From an uncultured Candidatus Saccharibacteria bacterium (GTDB lineage Bacteria > Patescibacteriota > Minisyncoccia > SW-4-49-11), in contig CAZWIJ010000007.1 in NCBI GenBank assembly GCA_964633865.1, positions 20,711 to 84,710 of the forward strand: a stretch of 64,000 bases of DNA, in the 5' to 3' direction. A model generated the notes under the pieces. The model was not told the origin of the DNA. It did no database searches and worked only from the letters and a program-made list of their open reading frames with translations. Both the position numbers and the translations under genes were made by a program. Shown one piece after another: positions 31,560-42,124 of the stretch (the stretch's first letter is position 1; each line of letters opens with the position of its first letter).

Positions 31560-32519
31560 ATGAAAAAAGAATTTAGATTAAAAAATTTTCCAATATCATT
31601 TTTTTCAATCATTTTAGGATTATCTGGTTTTAGTATAGCTTTTCAAAAAGCAGAAGAAATTTTGGGAATGCCTACTAATTTAAGTTATTATTTTTTAATA
31701 TTGACTGTTATAATTTTTGCTATAATTTCATTAATATATTTATTTAAAAACTTTAAATTTCAAGATGAGGTCTCAAAAGAATTTAATCACCCTATCAAAT
31801 TAAATTTTTTCCCTACATTTTCTATAAGTTTTCTCTTACTGAGTGTAGGATTTTTGGCTGAGGATATGATAATTTCAAAATATTTATGGATTTTTGGAAG
31901 TTCAATTCACTTTTTATTCACAATAAAAATTATTTCAATTTGGATTCAACATACAAAATTTGAAATTAATCATATGAACCCTGCTTGGTTTATCCCTGCT
32001 GTTGGTAATATTTTGGTTCCTGTAGCTGGAATTAACCATTTTTCTAGTGAAATATCTTGGTTTTTCTTTAGTATTGGATTTTTCTTTTGGATTGCCTTAT
32101 TTGTTATATTTATGAACCGAATTATATTTCATAAACCTCTACCAGAAAAATTATTACCTACACTTTTTATTCTGATAGCTCCACCAGCGGTTGGCTTTAT
32201 TTCATTGGTTAAATTAACTGGAGAAGTTAATTATTTCTCTAAATTATTATATTATTTTGCTTTATTCTTAACTATTCTTTTATTTTCACAAATAAATTTA
32301 TTTAGAAAAATTAAATTTTATCTTTCTTGGTGGGCTTATTCCTTTCCAATATCAGCAATAACCATAGCTAGTATTTCTATGTTTCATGAAACAGATATTT
32401 TAGTATTCAAATATTTAGCTTGGACATTATTTGGGATATTGAATAGTATTATAATTTTACTCTTAATAAGAACAATTAATTCTATTTTTAAAAAAGAAAT
32501 CTGTGTAGCTGAAGAGTAA
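31560..32519 (+). CDS. SLAC1/TehA (TDT family) anion channel
   Basis: FPISFFSIILGLSG, EFNHP...NFFPT, NPAWFIPAVG and SWWAYSFP; ATG 31560 preferred. Confidence 0.9.
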   Translation: MKKEFRLKNFPISFFSIILGLSGFSIAFQKAEEILGMPTNLSYYFLILTVIIFAIISLIYLFKNFKFQDEVSKEFNHPIKLNFFPTFSISFLLLSVGFLAEDMIISKYLWIFGSSIHFLFTIKIISIWIQHTKFEINHMNPAWFIPAVGNILVPVAGINHFSSEISWFFFSIGFFFWIALFVIFMNRIIFHKPLPEKLLPTLFILIAPPAVGFISLVKLTGEVNYFSKLLYYFALFLTILLFSQINLFRKIKFYLSWWAYSFPISAITIASISMFHETDILVFKYLAWTLFGILNSIIILLLIRTINSIFKKEICVAEE

Positions 32520-32613
32520 AAAAATATTTAGTAATTTTAATTTTTACTATTTTATATTGACAAAATTCAAAATATAGGATATAAATAAAATGCACATTAT
32601 TTTGTATATATAT

Positions 32614-33009
32614 ATGAAAAATAACTCAGATAGAGAGATAGAAAATCTTCAAAATATATGTAAAGAAAAGATTTTATATCTTAAAAAATTACTAAAAGAA
32701 AACTCTTCATTAGAAACGGTTATAACTTTTGAAGAAACATATAATAGTTATTTTAAAAAATATAATAATCTTATATGTGAAGCAAAAAATAGATATCATA
32801 TATCTTTTAAAAATATTATGGAAGATTCTTTTATAAATGAGAAAAATGTAGAGAGTAAACCTTTTTCTCAAGGTATAGATATCTTAAATAATCTAAAAGA
32901 AAATAGTATTAAGTTATACAAGGATCTTTATATAAATTCCTTAAAAGAATTATATTTAACTATTGAAGAGTTTGAAAATAATACTATTTATAAGCAATCT
33001 TTAGGTTAA
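32614..33009 (+). CDS. Helical orphan protein
   Basis: ORF preceded by TTGACA (32557); likely start MKNNSDRE. Confidence 0.6.
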   Translation: MKNNSDREIENLQNICKEKILYLKKLLKENSSLETVITFEETYNSYFKKYNNLICEAKNRYHISFKNIMEDSFINEKNVESKPFSQGIDILNNLKENSIKLYKDLYINSLKELYLTIEEFENNTIYKQSLG

Positions 33010-33106
33010 ATTATATTAGAAATTTAATTATTTTGAGCTTAAATATATAAGCTCTTTTTTTAATTTGTTTTTTAACATAACTTAAAGATAATTTTCTTTT
33101 TCTCTC

Positions 33107-35656
33107 TTAAATAATTTTTTTCAAATCACTAATCCAATTTATAGCTTGAAGAGGAGTAATATTATTAAGATCTAAATTTTTAATTTTTTCTGATAAAATA
33201 CTTAATTTAGGATCAGGAGTATTATTTATAACTTGAGGTTTTTCTAATAGAGAGGGTTGAAATTTAGATTTCTTAGCCTCATAATTGAGCAAAATATTAT
33301 TAGCATTTTGGATAATTTCTTCAGGAAATCCAGCTAATTTGGCAATAGCAATACCAAAACTTTTGTCAATACCACCTTTTTCAATTTTTCTCAAAAATAA
33401 TATTTCATTTTTATTTTCCTCTACTAAAACCTTATAATTAACAATTCCTTGGCATAAATTTTCTAGCTCTAATAATTCATGATAATGAGTTGCAAAGATT
33501 GTTTTTGCTCCAATTTTATTATGAATATATTCAGAAATTGCTTTTGCAATACTCATACCGTCAAAAGTAGATGTTCCTCTACCAACTTCATCTAAAATAA
33601 TCAAACTTCTGTCTGTGGCAAAATTCAAAATTTGAGCTACCTCAATCATCTCTACCATAAAAGTACTTTGTCCTTCACTCAAATTATCTGAAGCTCCTAT
33701 ACGAGTAAAAATTCTGTCAACAATACCAATCTTAGCTTCACTTGCAGGAACAAAACAACCTATTTGAGCCATTAAGACAATAAGAGCAACTTGACGGCTA
33801 TAAGTAGATTTTCCAGCCATATTAGGGCCAGTAATTAGCATAAATGAATGATCTGTATCATTAAGTAAAGTGTCATTACTAATATAATCTCCATCCAAAA
33901 TTTTTTCTATCACCGGGTGTTTTCCATTTTTTATATTTATAATTTTATCATCTATAATAATAGGTTTTACATAATTATTTTCTATACTTAGTTTCGCAAA
34001 TCCTTGGATTATATCTAAATAAGCAATGTACTTTGCTATTTTTTGCAAAGAAGGTATAAATTCTAAAGTATAACTTGTTAATTCTTGAAAAACATCTAAT
34101 TCTACCTGAAGCAACTTTTCTTCTGAGACTAAGATTTTTTCTTCAAAAGCTTTAATTTCTTCAGTGATAAATCGTTCACCATTTGCTAGAGTTTGCTTCT
34201 TGATATAATGATTTGGAACTTTTTCTAGATTTGATTTACTGATTTCAATATAATACCCAAAGACTTTATTAAATCCTATTTTTAGATTGTTAATTCCAGT
34301 TTCTAATTTTTCCTTTTCTTGAGTTTTTATTAACCAATCTTTTCCACCTCTTGATAATTCTATCAACTCATCAATATCTGATCTAAAACCTTTTTTTATA
34401 AACCCACCTTCTCTTGCTAAAAGTGGTAAATTATCTTGAAGTGCAGATTCTAATTTTTCTTTTAAATCTAGAGTTTTTTCTTTAAAACTGATAAAGGAGG
34501 ATTTATATTTATCAGGTATTATATCTATAAAGTTAGATGAATGCTGGAGAAAATCTCTTATTATTCCAAGATCTCTAGGACCAGAATTGAGTGAAGAAAT
34601 TTTGGCTATAATTCTTTCCAAATCAGGAGTTTTTTTTAGTTCATTTTGAAACAAAGATAGTTTATCTGCATTATTTTGGAACCAAATTATATCTGTTTGT
34701 CTCTTCTCAATCTTAGATTTATCTAGTAGGGGAGATAAAATCCATTTTTGTAATAATCTTTCCCCCATTTGATTTAGAGTATGATTTAGAATATCATAAA
34801 GAGATTTGTTTTTTGGTCCTGACTTACTAGGATAAATCAATTCTAAATTATTAATCGTATTTAAGTCTAACTTCATCATATCAGACTTAAGGAAACTTAA
34901 TGGTTTTTGGATATGTGATAAGTCGGTATGTTGGGTGTATTTAAAATAATTAAATAATGCTCCCAAAACCATTATTTTAGGATCTTCTCTTTTTATTCCA
35001 AAAACATCTAAGGTTTTAATCTTATAATACTCACATAATAATTCCCAAGATTTATCTAAATCAAAAGACCATTTGGACTCAAAAGATAATTTTATATTTA
35101 TATTTTTTAATTGTGGAATAATGTTTTTAAAATTTTTTTCATAAACAATAATTTCTTTAATTTTATAAATTGAAATTAGATCTATAAAATCATTAATATT
35201 GACTTTATCAACAAATAACTCACCTGTAGAAATATCTCCAATTGCAAAATAGACATAACTTTTTACTAAAAAAGCAGATATAATAAAATTATTAGATTTT
35301 TCTTGTAGAAATGCATCAATCATCACTGTTCCTGGTGTTATAACTTTGACAATCTCTCTTTTTACGATTCCTTTTGAAGCATTAGCTTTTTCTACTTGAT
35401 CACAGATTGCAACAGAATATCCCAATTTTATAAGTTTTGAAATATAATTCTCAGCAGAATGAAAAGGAACTCCACACATTGGAATTTCTCCATCAATTTT
35501 ATTTCTTCTTTTGGTCAAGGTAATATGTAATAAATTTGAAACTAAAATAGCATCTTGATCAAACATTTCATAAAAATCACCTAATCTAAAAAATACAATT
35601 TTATCAGGATACTCTTTTTTTATCTCCCAGTATTGAGACATCATTGGTGAGGACAT
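33107..35656 (-). CDS. mutS: DNA mismatch repair protein MutS
   Basis: SPMM.QY, FFRLGDFYEMF, TGPNMAGKST, STFMVEM, DEVGRGTST and FATHYHEL. Confidence 0.98.
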   Translation of the reverse strand: MSSPMMSQYWEIKKEYPDKIVFFRLGDFYEMFDQDAILVSNLLHITLTKRRNKIDGEIPMCGVPFHSAENYISKLIKLGYSVAICDQVEKANASKGIVKREIVKVITPGTVMIDAFLQEKSNNFIISAFLVKSYVYFAIGDISTGELFVDKVNINDFIDLISIYKIKEIIVYEKNFKNIIPQLKNINIKLSFESKWSFDLDKSWELLCEYYKIKTLDVFGIKREDPKIMVLGALFNYFKYTQHTDLSHIQKPLSFLKSDMMKLDLNTINNLELIYPSKSGPKNKSLYDILNHTLNQMGERLLQKWILSPLLDKSKIEKRQTDIIWFQNNADKLSLFQNELKKTPDLERIIAKISSLNSGPRDLGIIRDFLQHSSNFIDIIPDKYKSSFISFKEKTLDLKEKLESALQDNLPLLAREGGFIKKGFRSDIDELIELSRGGKDWLIKTQEKEKLETGINNLKIGFNKVFGYYIEISKSNLEKVPNHYIKKQTLANGERFITEEIKAFEEKILVSEEKLLQVELDVFQELTSYTLEFIPSLQKIAKYIAYLDIIQGFAKLSIENNYVKPIIIDDKIINIKNGKHPVIEKILDGDYISNDTLLNDTDHSFMLITGPNMAGKSTYSRQVALIVLMAQIGCFVPASEAKIGIVDRIFTRIGASDNLSEGQSTFMVEMIEVAQILNFATDRSLIILDEVGRGTSTFDGMSIAKAISEYIHNKIGAKTIFATHYHELLELENLCQGIVNYKVLVEENKNEILFLRKIEKGGIDKSFGIAIAKLAGFPEEIIQNANNILLNYEAKKSKFQPSLLEKPQVINNTPDPKLSILSEKIKNLDLNNITPLQAINWISDLKKII

Positions 35657-35786
35657 AAGGTGTAATTAAGTCTATATATTAAATTTAGTTTAACATAAAA
35701 TTCAGAATATTTGAAACATGCATAAAAAAGAAATTTATTAACATTTATTTATTGACAAATTTATAATATCAAAGTATAATATATTT

Positions 35787-35935
35787 ATAATTATGTTACA
35801 TTCTATGATAAGTTGTTTGTAGTAACATAATTCTGTATAATACAATTTAATCCTTGTAAAATTACATGTAATTCAAACCTTGTAAACTGTAGTTTATTGA
35901 GTTTGATAAAAACAGAGCAAATGCTCTGTTTTTAT
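35787..35935 (+). ncRNA. Candidate small RNA divergent from mutS
   Basis: Perfect TTGACA-N17-TATAAT (35752-35780), two hairpins and a strong terminator at 35908-35933; only a 9-codon ORF inside. Confidence 0.5.
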
Positions 35936-36030
35936 TTTAAATATATAACTTTGGTTTGATGATATAATAGAATTAAATGGAAATTAATATTCAGTAAAAA
36001 TTTAATAGATATGAGCTTTTGATTAATTGA

Positions 36031-36189
36031 TTAAAAAGTAAAAACCCCGAACACTATAAGTGGCGGGGCTTTAGTCAAACCATTTTTTGGTTTAATAACA
36101 GGTTTGACGAGGGGTTTGAGATTGGGCTTTACGATGCGACAGGTCGCCTTTGATAGGCTTCCTGTTTTTTTTAAAATTGGTTTTTGCAT
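36031..36189 (-). CDS. Candidate 52-aa basic peptide with KPxx repeats
   Basis: MQKPILKKTGSLSKATCRIVKPNLKPLVKPVIKPKNGLTKAPPLIVFGVFTF; promoter TTGACA-N17-TATACT at 36373-36401; the last codons overlap the terminator hairpin. Confidence 0.4.
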   Translation of the reverse strand: MQKPILKKTGSLSKATCRIVKPNLKPLVKPVIKPKNGLTKAPPLIVFGVFTF

Positions 36190-36393
36190 ACTATTAATTT
36201 ATTCTTGGGATAACATTTTTCACCAAGAACAGTTTAGATATAAAATTAGATTATATACAAACGGTCTCTGACGAAATAAATTTTATTTTTGTTTGGATTT
36301 GGATATATTAATTTATATATTTAATCCTTGTAGTGAATGATTTTGATTTACACTCTCCTCACTCACGATAATAGTATATCATAATATAGAATA

Positions 36394-36509
36394 TTTGTCA
36401 AGAGTAATTTACATAAAAACATAAAAAAGTTAATAAAAATACTTAATTTACTATATATAAGCTAATAAATTACAACAAAAACAGTCAGTTTGAAGTGATT
36501 TTTGTGAGT
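36394..36509. repeat. 116-bp direct repeat, copy 1
   Basis: Ungapped match to 37325-37440; 12 mismatches by manual count. Confidence 0.9.
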
Positions 36510-36586
36510 AAATTTATAAAAAATAAATAACAGGGTATACTAAAAAAGAAAAAGAGACTAAATTTAATTAGTCTCTTAAAATTTAA

Positions 36587-37231
36587 TTAGCCAACATAAT
36601 TTTGAAAAGATTCTTTCACGGTAGTCATATCGGCTCCGATGAAATTCAATCTTCCTAGACAATCGCTTGGATCAGTAAAAGATCCTCCTTGTTCGAGAAT
36701 ATCAACTCGGACACCGCTTGCCCCTTGGACAAAACGAATGTCTTGTTTGTTATCATTGAAGATAACATGATCGTATTTGCCAAAGCCTTTTACTTGAATT
36801 ACAAGTAGATCCGATAGCTTAGCATTTTCTCCAAGATACCAAGGGGTTATATCCATATTATTCACATGGATTGTGTTCCCGATTGTGGAACAATCAATAG
36901 ACACACTAGTAGTGCCCTTGTGGGCAAATAAGGTATCTATTTTTATAGAATCATTATTTCCTAAAACTACATTTACTAAATCTTTAGTTTTAAAACTAGG
37001 TTTACCTGTCCCGAAGTGGAAATCCGACATGGATTTTCCTCCTAGGGTAATGTAGTCCTGGACATTAACACCAGGGATAGTATCCCGAGTATCAATAGTG
37101 ATTTTATCCTGATGGTTCAGGTTTGTTCCAGGGATGATAATGTCATCCATCATTTTTATACCAATCTCATTAAAGTATTGGTGAACAGGTTTAATTGCTA
37201 CAACAGAATTGCCAATGTTTGAAATTTTCAT
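36587..37231 (-). CDS. Beta-rich orphan protein with higher GC than its flanks
   Basis: 214-aa ORF, own promoter (37304-37332) and terminator (36552-36577). Confidence 0.7.
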   Translation of the reverse strand: MKISNIGNSVVAIKPVHQYFNEIGIKMMDDIIIPGTNLNHQDKITIDTRDTIPGVNVQDYITLGGKSMSDFHFGTGKPSFKTKDLVNVVLGNNDSIKIDTLFAHKGTTSVSIDCSTIGNTIHVNNMDITPWYLGENAKLSDLLVIQVKGFGKYDHVIFNDNKQDIRFVQGASGVRVDILEQGGSFTDPSDCLGRLNFIGADMTTVKESFQNYVG

Positions 37232-37324
37232 AATAGATTCAATTTTTTTTAAAGAACATTTGTGAAATAAGATTTTTATTTAGAAATCATATTTACAATG
37301 GATATTATACACCATAACTCTAAT

Positions 37325-37440
37325 TTTGTCAAGAATAATTTACATAAAAATGTAAAAAAACTAATAAAAATATTTAATTTGTTATATATAAGCTAATAAA
37401 TTACAATAAAAACAGTCAGTTTAGGGTGATTTTTGTGAGT
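37325..37440. repeat. 116-bp direct repeat, copy 2
   Basis: See copy 1 at 36394-36509. Confidence 0.9.
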
Positions 37441-37542
37441 GAATTATCTATGTGAATTAAAATTATAGTACTTAAAATACAAAAATTTGATTTTATCTTG
37501 TATTTCTGATATAATTCATATTAATTAAAAATGCAATATTTT

Positions 37543-38013
37543 ATGAGTATTCTTGAAATAGTCTTAATTAGTATATCTGTTATATCAATAGGTTTTGCTA
37601 CTTATTCTTTTTTACAAATTAGAGCTTTCACTCAAAAATTTAATCATATTTTTAAAACAGAAACTGGTATTATAGAAAATGCTGATCAATTGATTGATGC
37701 ATATTCTGAAAGATTTGAGTCATTAGGTTCTGATATAAAACAAATATTTGCTAAATTAGATAAACATGATATAATTATTGACAAAACTATTAAGAAAGTT
37801 GGTCTAAAAAGATTTAACCCTTTCAATGATATGGGAGGAGATACTAGTTTTATATTTGTAATGTTAGATTCCCTGGATAATGGTATTTTGGTGACAAATA
37901 TTACTATGAGAGATGGAAATAGAATTTATGCAAAAAAAATAGAAAAAGGAACTTCTGTCCTCGCCTTAAGCGAATACGAGCAAAGTGCTCTAAATGAAAT
38001 CATATCCAATTAA
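37543..38013 (+). CDS. DUF4446 family protein
   Basis: N-terminal TM segment; KVGLKRFNPFNDMGGD.SF, LD...NG, R.YAK and LSE.E. Confidence 0.85.
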   Translation: MSILEIVLISISVISIGFATYSFLQIRAFTQKFNHIFKTETGIIENADQLIDAYSERFESLGSDIKQIFAKLDKHDIIIDKTIKKVGLKRFNPFNDMGGDTSFIFVMLDSLDNGILVTNITMRDGNRIYAKKIEKGTSVLALSEYEQSALNEIISN

Positions 38014-38039
38014 GTTTATTAATTTATTTATAGAAAATT

Positions 38040-39548
38040 ATGGTAAAATCAGATATTAGAGAAAGATCCCCAATAGTTACAATTATGGGACATATAGATC
38101 ACGGTAAAACAACTTTACTTGATTATATTAGATCTTCTTCAATTACTAAAAGAGAAGCAGGTGGAATCACTCAACATTTAGGTTCTTATCAAATTTTGTA
38201 TAAAAAAAGTCCGATTACTTTCATAGATACTCCTGGTCATGAAGCTTTTAAATCTATTAGGAGTAGAGGAGTTAAGACGGCAGATGTAATTTTGATTATT
38301 GTTGCTGGAGATGAGGGTGTTAAACCTCAAACTGTAGAAGCAATTGAACTTGCTAAATCTACTAAATTACCTATAATTGTTGTTATTACCAAAATTGACA
38401 AACCTAATTTGAATATAGAAAAAATCAAAACAGATTTATCAGAATATGGATTATTATCTGAAGAATGGGGAGGAGACATAATTTTTACTGAAGTTTCTTC
38501 TACTACAGGAAAAGGAATCGATAATTTATTAGAAATGATTCTTTTGGTTACTGAAATAGCAGAAATTAAAGCTAATTATTCTCAAGAGTATGCGGATGGA
38601 TTTATTTTAGAATCATTTTTGGACTCTAAGGTTGGACCTCTTAGTGATATTGTGGTTTTGAATGGTACTTTGAGAATAGGAGATATTCTTATGGCGGGAG
38701 ATACAACTTATGGAAAAATAAAAAGAATTCAGAATGATAAAAATGAATTGGTAAAAGAAGCTTTGCCAGGTCAACCAGTTCGAGTTCTTGGAATAAAAGG
38801 AGTTACTAATGCAGGAGATAATTTTAAAGTTGTTGAGTCAGAAAATGCGGCCATTGAAATTATTGAAAAATCAAAAGCAGTTTTGGAGAATAATCCTGTT
38901 ATTCAATCTTTACTTGAAAAAGAAAAAGAGCTGAATTTAATATTGAAAGCTGATTCTATGGGATCTCTTGATGCTATTGAATATGCACTAAATCAAATTG
39001 TACAGATTGATATGAAAATCAATATTTTGGGTAAAGGAATAGGAGATGTCAATGCAAGTGATCTAAAACAAGCTAGAACACAAAAAGCTTTTATACTTGC
39101 ATTTGGTTTAAAACAAGACAAAAAGATCAAGGCTATTGCTGAGGAAAAAGATGTTTTGATTAAACATTATAGATTGATTTATGAACTAATTGATGAGATT
39201 AGAGATATTTTATCAAAGACAGCTGAACCAAAAATATCTAGAAATGAAATAGGTGAATTAAGAGTTTTAAAGGTATTTAAAGATGATAAGAAAAATGTTA
39301 TTTTAGGGGGTAAAGTTGTGAAAGATAAAATCTTAAGAAATGCTTTGGTTGAGATGAGGGATTCTGAAGGAAAAGTTTTTTTACAAGGAAAAATTGTAGA
39401 GTTGCAACAAGACAAACAAGCTACTCAAGAAGTTTTGGATGGTAGAGAATGTGGTATGATGATTCAGACTTCACTCAAAAAGAGAGTACCAAATCCAGAA
39501 GAAATATTATATGTTTATGAGCATATAAAAAAACAATCTAATCTTTAG
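38040..39548 (+). CDS. infB: Translation initiation factor IF-2 (short form lacking the N-terminal extension)
   Basis: GHIDHGKTTLLD, EAGGITQH, DTPGHEAF, KADSMGS and G.ECG. Confidence 0.97.
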   Translation: MVKSDIRERSPIVTIMGHIDHGKTTLLDYIRSSSITKREAGGITQHLGSYQILYKKSPITFIDTPGHEAFKSIRSRGVKTADVILIIVAGDEGVKPQTVEAIELAKSTKLPIIVVITKIDKPNLNIEKIKTDLSEYGLLSEEWGGDIIFTEVSSTTGKGIDNLLEMILLVTEIAEIKANYSQEYADGFILESFLDSKVGPLSDIVVLNGTLRIGDILMAGDTTYGKIKRIQNDKNELVKEALPGQPVRVLGIKGVTNAGDNFKVVESENAAIEIIEKSKAVLENNPVIQSLLEKEKELNLILKADSMGSLDAIEYALNQIVQIDMKINILGKGIGDVNASDLKQARTQKAFILAFGLKQDKKIKAIAEEKDVLIKHYRLIYELIDEIRDILSKTAEPKISRNEIGELRVLKVFKDDKKNVILGGKVVKDKILRNALVEMRDSEGKVFLQGKIVELQQDKQATQEVLDGRECGMMIQTSLKKRVPNPEEILYVYEHIKKQSNL

Positions 39549-39555
39549 TAATAAT

Positions 39556-39912
39556 ATGAGTAGAAATCAAATTAGATATCAAGAAATGCTGAAGGAAGAA
39601 CTAAGTAAAATTATACTGAGAGAACTTGAGTATGATCCAGGTATTTTGGTTACTATTAGTAGAATTTCTGTTACTCCTAAATTTGATTTTGCTAATGTTT
39701 TTGTGACAATTTTTCCAAATAAAAAACAAGGTACTATATTAGAAAAATTGAATAAAGCTCATAAAGATTATGAATATTTTTTGAGCGATATTCTAAAAAG
39801 AGGAAGATCCCCAAGATTAAAATTTGAAATAGACTCTTCATTATTAGAAGGTTATGATCTAAATAATCTTTTAGATGAAGTTTTAGAAGAAGATAATGCA
39901 AAACCAGAATAA
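39556..39912 (+). CDS. rbfA: Ribosome-binding factor A
   Basis: Follows infB; VTIS.I.V..., A.VFV and P.LKFE.D.S. Confidence 0.88.
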   Translation: MSRNQIRYQEMLKEELSKIILRELEYDPGILVTISRISVTPKFDFANVFVTIFPNKKQGTILEKLNKAHKDYEYFLSDILKRGRSPRLKFEIDSSLLEGYDLNNLLDEVLEEDNAKPE

Positions 39913-40846
39913 AAATCATTTAAGTGAAATTATAGATTTTATTAATAAATCTGAGTCTATAGCTTTATTATCACATATCGGACCTGACGGAGATGGTATA
40001 GGCTCCATTTTGGCACTAAAATTTGCCTTACAATCATTGGGTAAAAATGTCTTTGCAGTTGCTTCGGGGGGAATCCCTACAAATTATTATTTTTTGAATG
40101 GAGCAAAGTCATTCCAACAAAAAATAAATCTAGATAAAATAGATTGTATTATTAGTCTTGATGTTAGTAATGAAGAAAGATTAGATTTATATCAAGAAAA
40201 ATACAAAAACAAAATGATTTGTATAGACCATCATCCTCATAATACTAGATTTGCTCATTATAATTATATTGATCTTAAAGTTTCATCAACGGCAGAGATG
40301 GTAGGAGATCTTATTTTAGAGCTAAAAATAAAATTTACCAAAAAAATAGGGGAAGCCTTATTGACAGGTATTCTTTTTGATACAGGAAACTTGACTCATA
40401 ATTTTTATCCAAATACATTAAAAATAATAGGTAAATGTGTAGAAACTGGTGCCAAAATAAATTTTATTAAACAAAAATTACATAGTATAAAAGATATTCA
40501 AGTTTTTAATTTATGGGGAGATGTTTTATCTAAATTAGTTGTTCTTGATAAAAATAAAATGGTTTATTCTGTGATTGATAAAAATGATTTGAGTAAGATT
40601 AAAGTTCCTTACCAGGATTTGAATTTGGATCAATTATCTAATTTACTTAGTTGTATTGATGAAGGTAATAGCTCATTACTCTTGACCGAGATTAAAGAAA
40701 AACAATATAAAGCTAGCCTAAGGAGTGAGAATTTTAAAGATGTTGATGTATCTGTAATCGCTAAAAAATTTGGAGGAGGAGGTCATATTAGAGCTTCTGG
40801 ATTCAAGTATAAGGGAGAAATAGATGAATTATTAGATGAGATATGA
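39896..40846 (+). CDS. nrnA: DHH-family nanoRNase / pAp phosphatase
   Basis: H..PDGDGIGS, IDHH, DTG, SLRS and GGGGH..ASG. Confidence 0.9.
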   Translation: MQNQNKNHLSEIIDFINKSESIALLSHIGPDGDGIGSILALKFALQSLGKNVFAVASGGIPTNYYFLNGAKSFQQKINLDKIDCIISLDVSNEERLDLYQEKYKNKMICIDHHPHNTRFAHYNYIDLKVSSTAEMVGDLILELKIKFTKKIGEALLTGILFDTGNLTHNFYPNTLKIIGKCVETGAKINFIKQKLHSIKDIQVFNLWGDVLSKLVVLDKNKMVYSVIDKNDLSKIKVPYQDLNLDQLSNLLSCIDEGNSSLLLTEIKEKQYKASLRSENFKDVDVSVIAKKFGGGGHIRASGFKYKGEIDELLDEI

Positions 40847-40973
40847 AAAGTGAAAGATAATTTTGGAATTTATCTTTGATAAAATAAAATTTAGATAAAA
40901 AACTCTTGTTTTCTTGTGAAAAAAAACATAAAATGATATACTAACTAAGTATATTAGATAATAAATTTATAAT

Positions 40974-41723
40974 ATGAATAGTGTTAATAAAACAAATGAA
41001 TCTTTGATGTTTATTCTGGCAGGTTCAATTTTGATCACAGGCATGATGATATCTTTGTCAATTTTGTACACAGGTGGAAATTCCAAAATAAGTACAAATG
41101 ATACACAAAATACTGACGAAGAAGTAGCAGAACAACCAGCTACAAATATAAATATGGATATAGCAGAGGATGACCCTTATCTTGGGAGTAAATCTAAATC
41201 ACAAATAGCAATTGTTGAATTTTCAGATTATGAGTGTCCATTTTGTAAAAAATTTCATACTGAGACAAGAGATCAGATTATCTCTGAATATGTAGATACA
41301 GAAAAAGCTATTGTTGTTTGGAAAGACTTACCACTTCCATTTCATGATCCTTTAGCTACAAAACAAGCTGTGGCAGCCCAATGTGTGAATAAACTAGTTG
41401 GTAAAGAAAAATACTTTGAATATGGCAATCTAATTTTTGAAAATACGACTTCAAATATAGGAATGGAAGAATCAAAATTAGCTGAATTAGCACAGCAAAT
41501 TGATGGCTTAAATCAAGATGATTTCAATAATTGTTATACAAATGAAGATACTTTAGAAAAAGTTAAAGATAATATGAAAGTAGCTTCAGAAGTAGGTGTA
41601 GATGGAACTCCAGGATTTATTATAGGAAAATTAGAAGATGGTAAGATTGTAGATGGAACAAGAATTTCAGGAGCTCTACCTTTTGCAAATTTTAAATCAA
41701 CTATTGATTCTTTATTAGAATAA
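40974..41723 (+). CDS. DsbA/BdbD-like thioredoxin-fold protein
   Basis: N-terminal TM segment, EFSDYECPFC and GVDGTPGF. Confidence 0.9.
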   Translation: MNSVNKTNESLMFILAGSILITGMMISLSILYTGGNSKISTNDTQNTDEEVAEQPATNINMDIAEDDPYLGSKSKSQIAIVEFSDYECPFCKKFHTETRDQIISEYVDTEKAIVVWKDLPLPFHDPLATKQAVAAQCVNKLVGKEKYFEYGNLIFENTTSNIGMEESKLAELAQQIDGLNQDDFNNCYTNEDTLEKVKDNMKVASEVGVDGTPGFIIGKLEDGKIVDGTRISGALPFANFKSTIDSLLE

Positions 41724-41768
41724 GTGATATAATTAAAGAGTGATTTATATTAATTTAATTTTAAAATT

Positions 41769-42002
41769 ATGAATGTAAAAATTTACTCAACCCCAACTTG
41801 TGGATATTGTAATATGGCAAAAGAGTTTTTCAAAGAAAATAAAGTAGAATTTGAAGAATATAATGTTGCAGTAGATGCAGAAAAAAGAAATGAAATGGTA
41901 GAAAAAACAGGTCAAATGGGAGTTCCTGTGATAGATGTAGACGGAGAATTGATGATTGGATTTGATAAAGCAACTTTATCTAATTTACTTAATATACAAT
42001 AG
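41769..42002 (+). CDS. Glutaredoxin-like protein (YruB/NrdH-like)
   Basis: YSTPTCGYC, GQMGVPVI and GFD. Confidence 0.92.
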   Translation: MNVKIYSTPTCGYCNMAKEFFKENKVEFEEYNVAVDAEKRNEMVEKTGQMGVPVIDVDGELMIGFDKATLSNLLNIQ

Positions 42003-42124
42003 AAATTAAGTCTGAGTAATGTTTTAAAATATAAAAAGAGGAGTAAAATCCTCTTTTTATATTATGTTTTTTAAAATTATAAATTTATGTTAATATAATA
42101 TTAAGTTTAGGTATAAAATAAATT

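Noticed and set aside
31039-33009. Genomic island integrated at tRNA-Ser carrying GNAT and TehA genes
   Set aside because: The att-like repeat closes at 30991, before these genes. No further repeat or integrase was seen.
36394-37440. DGR template/variable repeat pair
   Set aside because: Mismatches are mixed transitions rather than adenine-specific, both copies are non-coding, and there is no reverse transcriptase in the window.
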